The notes beneath the pieces were generated by a model. That model did not search any database. It was not told the origin of the DNA and saw only the letters and a list, made by a program, of their open reading frames with translations. From a phage: a stretch of 64,000 nucleotides of DNA. How positions within the stretch are numbered: position 1 is the stretch's first letter; each line of letters opens with the position of its first letter. The stretch is taken from sequence record PZ386958.1; one strand, 5' to 3'. The position numbers and the translations under genes were made by a program. Shown here piece after piece: positions 39,111 to 47,060 of this stretch.

Positions 39111-39896
39111 ATGGGTATTGTAAAAATCATCAATGGGGATATCTTCTCCGCATTTGATAAAGGTAAGTTTGATATCATTGGTCACGGTTGCAACTGTATG
39201 AACTTAATGGGTTCAGGTATCGCTGACAAGATTTCTAAACTTTACCCAAAAGTGTATGATACTGACACAGAAGTTTACCTGTTTGCAGGCGGCATTCGTC
39301 ACAAACCCTGTGAAAATTTACTAGGTAATTTATCTGTAGCACGTTTAAAACAAGGTCGTATAGCTAACCTTTACACCCAACTTCATACTGGTAAAGATGC
39401 CCGATATAGTGCTTTAGAGTCATCTTTGAAACAGCTTAACAGATACTGTGAAGTCAATCAGTTGAAGAAAGTCGGGTTACCTATGATTGGTGCAGGCATC
39501 GGTGGGCTAGACCCTCAAGCCGTCACAGTTATCATTAATCAAGTGATGAAGAGTGTAGATGTGTATCTGTATGTCTATGAAGGAGAGATGTACCACAAGT
39601 TACGCTCAGGTTGGAAGAACTACTGTGAACCAGAATACTTTGCAGGTGTAGTAACGTTCACAGACAATACAGTTACCCTCTTCAGACGAAGAAAAGGTAA
39701 GATACATCAAAGTAACCCTCCGGTTGAAAAGATGTCTCTTAGTAACGCTCTAGTTACCCACCTGTCGAAGAGCAATCACAGGATTGCAGTAACATTTGGT
39801 AGTGATGCAGACACTTATATCTATGCAAGAACTGATGAGGATATCGAGACAGTTTTCTCTTCGCCAGAAGTTACCTTCTTAGACGCAAAGAACTAA
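39111..39896 (+). CDS. Macrodomain protein (TARG1/OARD1-like ADP-ribose hydrolase fold) with C-terminal extension
   Basis: 261 aa; GDIFSAFDKGKFDIIGHGCNCMNLMGSGIADKI parallels the TARG1-type segment (EGDLF...LAHCIS.DC.MGAGIA). Confidence 0.5.
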   Translation: MGIVKIINGDIFSAFDKGKFDIIGHGCNCMNLMGSGIADKISKLYPKVYDTDTEVYLFAGGIRHKPCENLLGNLSVARLKQGRIANLYTQLHTGKDARYSALESSLKQLNRYCEVNQLKKVGLPMIGAGIGGLDPQAVTVIINQVMKSVDVYLYVYEGEMYHKLRSGWKNYCEPEYFAGVVTFTDNTVTLFRRRKGKIHQSNPPVEKMSLSNALVTHLSKSNHRIAVTFGSDADTYIYARTDEDIETVFSSPEVTFLDAKN

Positions 39897-39974
39897 GAAA
39901 CTCTGTAGAGTATTCACAATAGACTAAGCCTTTCTTATCTGGTAAATTTTTCAGGTAAGGAGGGCTTTTTCATT

Positions 39975-40180
39975 TCAGGATTGTGCAGGTAGAGTTCTGT
40001 AGAGAAATCTGTAGAGAGAATTTTGAACTCCAAAGAGAAAATTCATTTTCAAACTGTGCAGGTAATCTCCAAAGAGCTTTTTCATTTTCAAAACGTGCAG
40101 ACCCCGCTCAGGTCGGGCAAGAAAAATCATTTTAGAATTGTGCAGGTAGGTGGGTGCAGGTGGGGATGTCGCCATTTCTC
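39975..40180. repeat. Direct-repeat (iteron-like) cluster: about 4 copies of TCATTTTCA(A/G)(A/G)N(T/C)GTGCAGGTA plus TCTGTAGAG triplet
   Basis: Visible at about 39962-39995, 40043-40075, 40080-40105, 40125-40170 inside a 508-bp gene-free region. Confidence 0.5.
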
Positions 40181-40379
40181 ACAAGGCTACCACATCTGGA
40201 AATAAAAGTCAACAGAAAAATTTGTAGTGGATTGAAAAATAATTCTTGATTGTAGTTCTGTTTTGTGGTAGTCGCGCGCACCCGTTTCATTACAATCTTT
40301 GCAAAAAATATTTTTAAAATTCCTATTGACTCTTTGAGTATGGTTATCTAATATTTGCATCAGACGGGCAATCAAGCCC

Positions 40380-40404
40380 ACTTCCTAAACTGGAGAATCT
40401 AAAA
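40380..40404 (+). promoter_or_regulatory. Conserved translation-initiation module CCTAAACTGGAGAATCTAAAAATG (first copy)
   Basis: Same 3' module as the cassette-array repeat units. Confidence 0.4.
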
Positions 40405-40611
40405 ATGCTTTACAGTCGCGAATTGATGGTTACAACTAACGTTAACACAAAGGCAAAACGTTTTTACATGCAAATCTGTGGCGTATGGTCCAGAATATCA
40501 GAAGCTGACTATTGCAACTATGTAGAAACGGCTATTAATTCTAATTGCTATCTGACAAGAAATACAAGAAAGTACATAAGACAGACAGCAATTTACTACT
40601 ACGATAAATAA
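40405..40611 (+). CDS. Cassette-array small protein
   Basis: 68 aa; followed immediately by repeat unit. Confidence 0.4.
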   Translation: MLYSRELMVTTNVNTKAKRFYMQICGVWSRISEADYCNYVETAINSNCYLTRNTRKYIRQTAIYYYDK

Positions 40612-40697
40612 AGTACTTTACAATGGGCTTATAGTTCGATAAAGTAAGCCCCAGATAAAGAGCTTTACCACTCAATCCTAAATTGGAGAACTAAAAA
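40609..40697 (+). repeat. Cassette repeat unit, class A (hairpin GGGCTTAT..ATAAGCCCC plus RBS)
   Basis: TAAAGTACTTTACAATGGGCTTATAGTTCGATAAAGTAAGCCCCAGATAAAGAGCTTTACCACTCAATCCTAAATTGGAGAACTAAAAA; begins at stop codon of upstream gene. Confidence 0.7.
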
Positions 40698-41078
40698 ATG
40701 GCATATCGTGCACCTAAATTCATCAACAAAGACAACTTTCGCAACGCACTGGAGAAGTCACTTGATGAAAATTTTAAAGGTAACATTATTGTTGTTCACT
40801 CGTTTAATTTCAAGTATGATATCAACGGGAATAGAATCAACCATTACACGGCAACCATGTTAGATGGCACACTATCAAGTGAAAAAGCCGTACTGAATGC
40901 ACTTGCTGGACGTGGTAAAAACCTGATAAAATGCGATAAGAGACGTTATCAGGGTGGCGCATATGGTTATGATGATGCTGTTTATCATCTTGAAAATATG
41001 GGCTATCAAGTAGAAAAAGCTGGAGTGTCTCAAATAATCGGTAGTGATGGTTATGTAACAATCTTCAAAATTAAATAA
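40698..41078 (+). CDS. Cassette-array small protein
   Basis: 126 aa. Confidence 0.4.
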   Translation: MAYRAPKFINKDNFRNALEKSLDENFKGNIIVVHSFNFKYDINGNRINHYTATMLDGTLSSEKAVLNALAGRGKNLIKCDKRRYQGGAYGYDDAVYHLENMGYQVEKAGVSQIIGSDGYVTIFKIK

Positions 41079-41164
41079 AGTACTTTACAAGGGGCTTATA
41101 GTTCGATAAAGTAAGCCCCAGATAAAGAGCTTTACCACTCAATCCTAAATTGGAGAACTAAAAA
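41076..41164 (+). repeat. Cassette repeat unit, class A
   Basis: Near-identical to 40609-40697. Confidence 0.7.
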
Positions 41165-41422
41165 ATGGCTATTATCAAAAACGTTGTAATTGCTGCAAAA
41201 ACTCGTGATGACGCTCGCGTTATGGCTAAAAAGTTATGCGGAAAAGTGGTTGACAACGGAAAACAATCTGCTGTAAGGTGGGGCGTGAAGGCTGATAAAC
41301 AGTTAACTTTAAAACGCAGTTCAAACAACCTTTTTAAAGGTGTAAAATCACTCGGTAAAGTGAACGTTTTTACCAAAAAAGGCTATAAAATGCACTTATC
41401 ATTAACTGGCAATTTAATCTGA
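41165..41422 (+). CDS. Cassette-array small basic protein
   Basis: 85 aa. Confidence 0.4.
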   Translation: MAIIKNVVIAAKTRDDARVMAKKLCGKVVDNGKQSAVRWGVKADKQLTLKRSSNNLFKGVKSLGKVNVFTKKGYKMHLSLTGNLI

Positions 41423-41510
41423 TAAAGTACTTTACAAGGGGCTTAAAAGTTGATATCTTAAGCCCCAGATAAAGAGCTTTACCACTAAATCCTAAACTGG
41501 AGATTCAAAA
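41420..41510 (+). repeat. Cassette repeat unit, class A variant
   Basis: Hairpin GGGGCTTAAAAGTTGATATCTTAAGCCCC then CAGATAAAGAGCTTTACCACTAAATCCTAAACTGGAGATTCAAAA. Confidence 0.65.
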
Positions 41511-42023
41511 ATGAAAACTGTAGACGCTACCTTTGAAGTTGTAAAAGAAAAATTCACCATTATTTATGAAGCTGTCAATTGCTTTGAAGCAAGCCATAAT
41601 CTTGATAATTGGAAGTTTACAGATGACCATCAAGGCGGTGTGACGATTAAAAATCCTAACTGTCAGCGTAATGATTTTAAATATGCAATTCCTTTAAATT
41701 ATAGCCTTAAGCAGCTTTCTAGTGACTATGCAAAACAAGGCCGGGAAAACCCATCAAAAGAGGCTTATATCAGCTTACAGAAAGAACTAGAAAGAGATTT
41801 AGAGGCTTCAGAGTACAACCTTGCCGCGAAAGTTGTGGATGCAAACGGTAACACGGTTTTAGAAAGTTTTTATCTTGGTTATGCTTTCGATTGGTGCTAT
41901 CGTGACGGCGATGATTTAGAGGATAGACTAAAAGAAGAGGTGAGCAATTCAGACGCAGAAACTGAAGTATTAGAACGTTTGGAATCGTTGAAAGACTCAG
42001 TGATGAATATCTTTAAGAACTAA
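41511..42023 (+). CDS. Cassette-array protein (acidic)
   Basis: 170 aa. Confidence 0.4.
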   Translation: MKTVDATFEVVKEKFTIIYEAVNCFEASHNLDNWKFTDDHQGGVTIKNPNCQRNDFKYAIPLNYSLKQLSSDYAKQGRENPSKEAYISLQKELERDLEASEYNLAAKVVDANGNTVLESFYLGYAFDWCYRDGDDLEDRLKEEVSNSDAETEVLERLESLKDSVMNIFKN

Positions 42024-42115
42024 ATAGATTTCTTTACACGGGGCTAACAAGCTGATATAATAGCCCCAGATAAAGAGATTTATCAAATAAAACCCTTAAA
42101 CTAGGAGATTCTAAA
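42021..42115 (+). repeat. Cassette repeat unit, class A variant
   Basis: Hairpin GGGGCTAACAAGCTGATATAATAGCCCC then CAGATAAAGAG...CTTAAACTAGGAGATTCTAAA. Confidence 0.6.
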
Positions 42116-42412
42116 ATGAAATTATCAAATCAAGTGCGTGAAAATCTGAGCAAATTACTCAACAAAATTGATTTCATTGAAACATCAAGAAATAGTCATG
42201 ATGTTATGGAATGGTTACACGGCAAAATAAAAGGCCGTCGTGTAGTGATTTGTTTATGGAATAGTTGCAGGGAGTATAAAAAACCTGTATTGCAAGTAAA
42301 TATTTATGATGATACTTTTAAAAGTCCAGTAAAGTCTAAAAGCGATTTATTAGAATCCTATGAGATAACTTTAAATGGCAAAGTATCACGTAAAGAGGAA
42401 ACACCATGTTAA
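42116..42412 (+). CDS. Cassette-array small protein
   Basis: 98 aa. Confidence 0.4.
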   Translation: MKLSNQVRENLSKLLNKIDFIETSRNSHDVMEWLHGKIKGRRVVICLWNSCREYKKPVLQVNIYDDTFKSPVKSKSDLLESYEITLNGKVSRKEETPC

Positions 42413-42738
42413 TGACTGGTATCACTGCAATCATTGCCATTTTCGCGCTATATAAGGCATATAAAGCCTATAATCTAGCAAATAAGGCAATCACACAGCA
42501 GGTTAGCAATAACCTTGTAGAAAGCTTTCTAGGGCGCCTCAGTGATGAGCAAATAAAGCGGCTAGAGATGAGCTTTAGATTTAAAGCGAAAACCTATCAG
42601 ATTAGTGACATTTTCAAAGATGACTATCAACTTATTGATGATTATAATTCACTGATAAACGCTTTAAATATCAGTGACTTAAAAGACTACTACGCTGTAA
42701 TTGTTCAAGAATTGAGCAAACGAAAACAAAGTGTTTGA
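42406..42738 (+). CDS. Cassette-array small membrane protein
   Basis: 110 aa; N-terminal hydrophobic helix; overlaps previous stop. Confidence 0.4.
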   Translation: MLMTGITAIIAIFALYKAYKAYNLANKAITQQVSNNLVESFLGRLSDEQIKRLEMSFRFKAKTYQISDIFKDDYQLIDDYNSLINALNISDLKDYYAVIVQELSKRKQSV

Positions 42739-42827
42739 CACTGATTTTTAGATAGGCTAAATTACACATCAACGGGGAGGGAATGACCTTCCCCACTAAA
42801 TAAAGTCCTAAACTGGAGATTCTGAAA
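42736..42827 (+). repeat. Cassette repeat unit, class B (TTGACA box plus GGGGAGGGAATGACCTTCCCC hairpin plus RBS)
   Basis: TGACACTGATTTTTAGATAGGCTAAATTACACATCAACGGGGAGGGAATGACCTTCCCCACTAAATAAAGTCCTAAACTGGAGATTCTGAAA. Confidence 0.7.
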
Positions 42828-43100
42828 ATGTATACTACTAACAACGGTCGCACCTTAAATGTCACCTTGCGTCACTATGTAGACGGTGTGATGTGCTTTG
42901 AAGATTTACGGGCTGAGCAACACATCTTAAATTGGCAAGTTGCAGGACTCCAAAAAACTGCTACAGGATACGGGAAAAAGATTCCAACCAGTTGGAAAGT
43001 ATACTACGAAGGACGTTTGCGCAGAATTTATCAGGATGTGCAAAGCAATAGTGCATCTAGTTACATCATAGTAAAAGGTAAAAAGCTGCATTTAGTATAA
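42828..43100 (+). CDS. Cassette-array small protein
   Basis: 90 aa. Confidence 0.4.
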   Translation: MYTTNNGRTLNVTLRHYVDGVMCFEDLRAEQHILNWQVAGLQKTATGYGKKIPTSWKVYYEGRLRRIYQDVQSNSASSYIIVKGKKLHLV

Positions 43101-43186
43101 AGTACTTTACAAGGGGCTTATAGTTCGATAAAGTAAGCCCCAGATAAAGAGCTTTACCACTCAATCCTAAATTGGAGAACTAAAAA
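43098..43186 (+). repeat. Cassette repeat unit, class A
   Basis: Near-identical to 40609-40697. Confidence 0.7.
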
Positions 43187-43591
43187 ATGGCTATTAATAA
43201 CCGTGAATTATCAATTTTAAAAGCACGTTTGACCGTTAACCGGATTAATGTTATCACATCATCAGCACCAGATAAAACACTGCAAAACATTATTGGGAAG
43301 ATTCAAAGTGTTATCTTAGACGTTGAAAGCGTAAAAAATTCATTGGCTGACGTTGCAGCAGGTATCACACTAGACGGTGCGCAATATGAAATGTCCGACA
43401 TGTTAGGCAAATCTAAGGTAATGAATATAGAGTTAGATTTGAAAATGTTCCGATTTGCTGTTAAAGTGTGGCTATCTGTCGAGTATGATGCTAACTTTGC
43501 AATCGCTGACTTTTTCGCCACTTGGTTGCAGCGTAATTTGACTAATCATGACTTCCGCGATATCTGTGATGCAATTTATGCAGAACTCTAA
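43187..43591 (+). CDS. Cassette-array protein
   Basis: 134 aa. Confidence 0.4.
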   Translation: MAINNRELSILKARLTVNRINVITSSAPDKTLQNIIGKIQSVILDVESVKNSLADVAAGITLDGAQYEMSDMLGKSKVMNIELDLKMFRFAVKVWLSVEYDANFAIADFFATWLQRNLTNHDFRDICDAIYAEL

Positions 43592-43699
43592 AAAAAAAAA
43601 AATTTTGTTGACACTGATTTTTAGATAGGCTAAATTACACATCAACGGGGAGGGAATGACCTTCCCCACTAAATAAAGTCCTAAACTGGAGATTCAAAA
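43589..43699 (+). repeat. Cassette repeat unit, class B (preceded by A13 run)
   Basis: Identical core to 42736-42827. Confidence 0.7.
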
Positions 43700-43903
43700 A
43701 TGGCTATTATTAATGGTTTAACCATTGAAACTACACACATCAAAGATGTCAAAGTTGGTGATATAGTCCTTTCCCACGGCGTAGAAAAAACTGTCACTGC
43801 AAAGGATATCAAAGAGGATTCTTTCATGGGTAGGACTCTCTTCGGTGATTCTTATTGCTTAGGCTATCTTGCAGTTTTAAAAGTTGTCAAAAATAACAAA
43901 TAA
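43700..43903 (+). CDS. Cassette-array small protein
   Basis: 67 aa. Confidence 0.4.
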   Translation: MAIINGLTIETTHIKDVKVGDIVLSHGVEKTVTAKDIKEDSFMGRTLFGDSYCLGYLAVLKVVKNNK

Positions 43904-43990
43904 AGTACTTTACAAGGGGCTTATAGTTCGATAAAGTAAGCCCCAGATAAAGAGCTTTACCACTCAATCCTTAAACTAGGAGATTCAAAA
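43901..43990 (+). repeat. Cassette repeat unit, class A
   Basis: Near-identical to 40609-40697 (3' part CCTTAAACTAGGAGATTCAAAA). Confidence 0.7.
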
Positions 43991-44239
43991 ATGATGAACT
44001 ATTTCAATATCCCTGATACCTGCCGACTGTTGACACAAGAAGAAAATTTGGGTAAACCTTTTCTTTACCACATGCCAGATAGCACACCAAAAACTTATAG
44101 TTACAATGTTAACCGTTTTACCGCATACGCTGCAAAGAACGGTTATAAGTTGGTTACTCAAAAAGTAATGCTGGTTACAAGCGCTGACGAGATTCCTACG
44201 GTTGCAGTTAAACTAATTTTCTCAAAGAAAGTTAAATAA
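43991..44239 (+). CDS. Cassette-array small protein
   Basis: 82 aa. Confidence 0.4.
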   Translation: MMNYFNIPDTCRLLTQEENLGKPFLYHMPDSTPKTYSYNVNRFTAYAAKNGYKLVTQKVMLVTSADEIPTVAVKLIFSKKVK

Positions 44240-44326
44240 AGTACTTTACAGGGGGCTTATAGTTCGATAAAGTAAGCCCCAGATAAAGAGCTTTACCACT
44301 CAATCCTTAAACTAGGAGATTCAAAA
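44237..44326 (+). repeat. Cassette repeat unit, class A
   Basis: Near-identical to 43901-43990. Confidence 0.7.
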
Positions 44327-44868
44327 ATGAAATGTTTTCACGGTACTACTCAAGAAAATTTCCTCAACCTTATTAATAACGGTGATAAACCATCAGGCGC
44401 ATGGAATTGTTCTGATATGGATGGGAATTTTTACGTTTACCAGAGAATAAAATCTATGGCGACGATGAGGAAGAAATAATCTTTGAAGGTATCCAGCAAG
44501 CTCTGGGCAATGCCACTATCACCGCAGCTTTTCAGATGAAAACTCAAAACATTGTTATCTTGGAACTTGAGATTCCAGAAGATGAGCTAAACGATGATTA
44601 TTCTTGTGATAATATGTCGAGCGTGGCAAGTTTTACAGAATATTTCGATTTAAATTGGATTAAAAAGGTTTACATCACTGAATTTAATGCTATGTATTCG
44701 CCTTTTTGTCTTCCTTCACTGGATAACCCAAATATGAATTATCTTGATGAGACATTAGAACTACTTGCTAAAAGTGTTCAACAATCGGACAGTATTCAGG
44801 TTTTTTGTGACATCATGGACACACTAACGGAAAACATCGCAGAAGAGGATTTAAAGAGCTTTTTCTAA
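44327..44868 (+). pseudogene. Cassette gene split across two frames (frameshifted gene or programmed -1 frameshift candidate)
   Basis: ATG at 44327 opens a 50-codon frame (MKCFHGTTQENFLNLINNGDKPSGAWNCSDMDGNFYVYQRIKSMATMRKK) that stops at 44479; the -1 frame is open from about 44393 to the stop of the track ORF 44536-44868; no repeat unit between the parts. Confidence 0.4.
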
Positions 44869-44899
44869 AAACCTATGCAATCACCTTATAAACACTATT

Positions 44900-44920
44900 C
44901 AGCCCCTTGTAGGGGCTTTT
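44900..44920 (+). terminator. Hairpin (cagccccttgtaggggctttt)
   Basis: GC stem followed by T-run. Confidence 0.45.
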
Positions 44921-44934
44921 AAGAGGCTTAAATC

Positions 44935-45168
44935 ATGCTTACAACCGTTTATCTTATCCTTTCTATATGTAATGGTCATTCATGCGATTTTAAAGGGCTT
45001 GAAGAGTTTACAGGAAGTAAAGAAAATGCTATTCAAGTTTGCCAGATAGCGAGACAAGACTACCCCGCCAGTGATGACATACAATGCTACTTTAAGACAG
45101 AAGATGAAGACGGTATCTATTTCGATAGTGTAGATGGTCAATATGAAATAATTATAGAAAAAGACTAG
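44935..45168 (+). CDS. Cassette-array small protein
   Basis: 77 aa. Confidence 0.4.
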   Translation: MLTTVYLILSICNGHSCDFKGLEEFTGSKENAIQVCQIARQDYPASDDIQCYFKTEDEDGIYFDSVDGQYEIIIEKD

Positions 45169-45257
45169 ACAAGCCTGATAAAAATCTGTAAATTATCAAT
45201 CAACGGGGAGGGGATGACCTTCCCCACTAAATAAAATCCTAAACTGGAGATTCTAAA
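45166..45257 (+). repeat. Cassette repeat unit, class B variant
   Basis: ...ATCAATCAACGGGGAGGGGATGACCTTCCCCACTAAATAAAATCCTAAACTGGAGATTCTAAA. Confidence 0.65.
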
Positions 45258-45599
45258 ATGGCTTATGTAACTGTAATTACCAATAAAGAAAATTCATCTT
45301 GGTCAACTCAAGTCAGTGATAAGATGTCACCTATGCAGTGCCTAAAATACTTTGAGCAGTGGAACAAAGGCGAGGATGTCAGCCCCTTTCAAGTAATGCA
45401 GATTATCCATACAGATAACGAAGGAAACAAAACGACACTTAATAGCGAGTATTACGCAAATCGTTTTGAGAGTCGAGTTGAAACGATGAAGGGGCTGCGT
45501 GAGGCCGGATATGGGCACATTGCCGCCTTGTTATGGGATAGCCTGCTAAAAAATCAGCGTATCAGCTATGTAAAACCTGAAAAAATATTCATCAGTTAA
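45258..45599 (+). CDS. Cassette-array protein
   Basis: 113 aa. Confidence 0.4.
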   Translation: MAYVTVITNKENSSWSTQVSDKMSPMQCLKYFEQWNKGEDVSPFQVMQIIHTDNEGNKTTLNSEYYANRFESRVETMKGLREAGYGHIAALLWDSLLKNQRISYVKPEKIFIS

Positions 45600-45628
45600 T
45601 CAACAACTTACAAAAAACTTTTAAAAAA

Positions 45629-45665
45629 GTGTTGACAATACCCCTTGACATTGGTAACTTTGTTC
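45629..45665 (+). promoter_or_regulatory. Promoter-like tandem TTGACA boxes (gtgttgacaataccccttgacattggtaact)
   Basis: Two -35-like hexamers in intergenic region. Confidence 0.35.
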
Positions 45666-45749
45666 GAGGGGGTTTATCTAAAAGGGATTCACTTAAAAGA
45701 TTCTTTATAGATAAGCTCAAAAAATTACTTGCAATCAACTATCAAAACA

Positions 45750-45819
45750 AGTAAATTACTAATCAACGGGGAGGGATAACCTCCCTACTAAGTAAAGTCC
45801 TTAAACTAGGAGATTCAAA
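45750..45819 (+). repeat. Cassette repeat unit, class C (GGGGAGGGATAACCTCCC hairpin plus RBS)
   Basis: GTAAATTACTAATCAACGGGGAGGGATAACCTCCCTACTAAGTAAAGTCCTTAAACTAGGAGATTCAAA. Confidence 0.65.
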
Positions 45820-46350
45820 ATGAACAAGTTCAAAGCTATCAACTTCATTCGTTCAAATGCTGTAATGTCAAAGCCTGTTAAAGATACCTATGAATTTCGT
45901 TGCAATGGTGTACACTTTGCAACCATCACTAAATCAGAAAACGGGGCTTATTACGTCCATCGTCGTAATGTTTCTACTGTTGTAGTTTCTCATTTTATGC
46001 AAGCTGTCGCGGAACTTCTCCCGATGTTTTTAGGTCTTTACTTAGATGAGTGTAAAAACGTTCACAACCACGTTAAAAACCTTTTAAACGGTTATAAAAT
46101 GGCTTATGAACGTTCTATCAAGTCACTAAACAAGTTTTACAATGCACCTGAAAATACTGTATCAATAGCCTATGCTGCAAATGGTGAGATGGTAAACTTA
46201 TCCAATGTGGAAGAAATCAAGCTGCATGATTTACGCCCTAGCGGTTACTCTAAGACTCTCGGTGAAGGTTTAACGTTCAATATCAAGAACTTAGAGAAAA
46301 CTTTAAAAGATATTGAAAAAGATATTGACGAGACAACCAAAAATCTGTAA
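45820..46350 (+). CDS. Cassette-array protein
   Basis: 176 aa. Confidence 0.4.
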   Translation: MNKFKAINFIRSNAVMSKPVKDTYEFRCNGVHFATITKSENGAYYVHRRNVSTVVVSHFMQAVAELLPMFLGLYLDECKNVHNHVKNLLNGYKMAYERSIKSLNKFYNAPENTVSIAYAANGEMVNLSNVEEIKLHDLRPSGYSKTLGEGLTFNIKNLEKTLKDIEKDIDETTKNL

Positions 46351-46416
46351 ATTGTCAATCAACGGGGAGGGAATGACCTTCCCCACTAAATAAAGTCCTA
46401 AACTGGAGTTATCAAG
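46346..46416 (+). repeat. Cassette repeat unit, class B
   Basis: CTGTAAATTGTCAATCAACGGGGAGGGAATGACCTTCCCCACTAAATAAAGTCCTAAACTGGAGTTATCAAG. Confidence 0.65.
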
Positions 46417-46680
46417 ATGGAAAACGTAGAATTAACCACACTTTTACAAATTGCAACCGATAAAGAAGACGTAGCTTTATTTCACCGCATCGAAAGTGAT
46501 TTGTTCAATGGTGAAATCATCAAAGAATCTTACGAAGTTGTCGGATTCAAAGACGGTAAAGCGTTTGGCTTTTTTGACCTCGACAAAGGCAAAGCGGTTA
46601 CAAAATATGATGTTTTATCTTGTGAAATTCTGACAAAATACAACGAAAAAAGGCTTGCAACATACGCCAATATGCAGTAA
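46417..46680 (+). CDS. Cassette-array small protein
   Basis: 87 aa. Confidence 0.4.
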   Translation: MENVELTTLLQIATDKEDVALFHRIESDLFNGEIIKESYEVVGFKDGKAFGFFDLDKGKAVTKYDVLSCEILTKYNEKRLATYANMQ

Positions 46681-46746
46681 ATTACTAATCAACGGAGAGG
46701 GATAACCTCCCTACTAAGTAAAGTCCTTAAACTAGGAGATTCAAAA
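46678..46746 (+). repeat. Cassette repeat unit, class C
   Basis: Near-identical to 45750-45819. Confidence 0.65.
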
Positions 46747-46995
46747 ATGGCAACTATCCGCGCAACTGTCAATGCTTATGGCTGTTATACTCTGGATGTT
46801 AAATTCGATATTGGTGGGACTGACGAGTGTTTTTCATTAGTGAAGACAGTTATCAAGCAAGTTATCCCAGATTATAACCCTACTGATGACTTCTGGAAAG
46901 ACGCCGTAAAAGAGGCATTAAACGACGAGCATCACTATCATTACTGGGGTGACTTGATTATCTCACTGTACTACAATAAACAAGGTTACAACTAA
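46747..46995 (+). CDS. Cassette-array small protein (last gene of rightward block)
   Basis: 82 aa. Confidence 0.4.
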   Translation: MATIRATVNAYGCYTLDVKFDIGGTDECFSLVKTVIKQVIPDYNPTDDFWKDAVKEALNDEHHYHYWGDLIISLYYNKQGYN

Positions 46996-47002
46996 TCGAC
47001 GC

Positions 47003-47060
47003 AGCGGGGCTAAATAGCCCCAGATACCTGAACAGCCCCTATTTAAAGGGGCTTTTTTAC
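47003..47060 (+). terminator. Tandem hairpins ending in T-run (cggggctaaatagccccag ... cagcccctatttaaaggggctttttt)
   Basis: Two GC-rich stem-loops, second followed by TTTTTT. Confidence 0.55.

Noticed and set aside
39975-40180. Phage-specific single-subunit RNA polymerase promoters (T7-style)
   Set aside because: No RNA polymerase gene is visible in the window. The motif is clustered in one 200-bp region rather than placed before individual genes, while genes elsewhere are preceded by sigma70-like TTGACA boxes.
40380-46995. Possible CRISPR array, given regularly spaced conserved repeats
   Set aside because: Repeat units are 70-110 bp and occur in three classes. The intervening sequences are 200-530 bp protein-coding ORFs, each starting at the ATG that ends the repeat. 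The repeats contain a hairpin plus Shine-Dalgarno module, not CRISPR-like short palindromic repeats.
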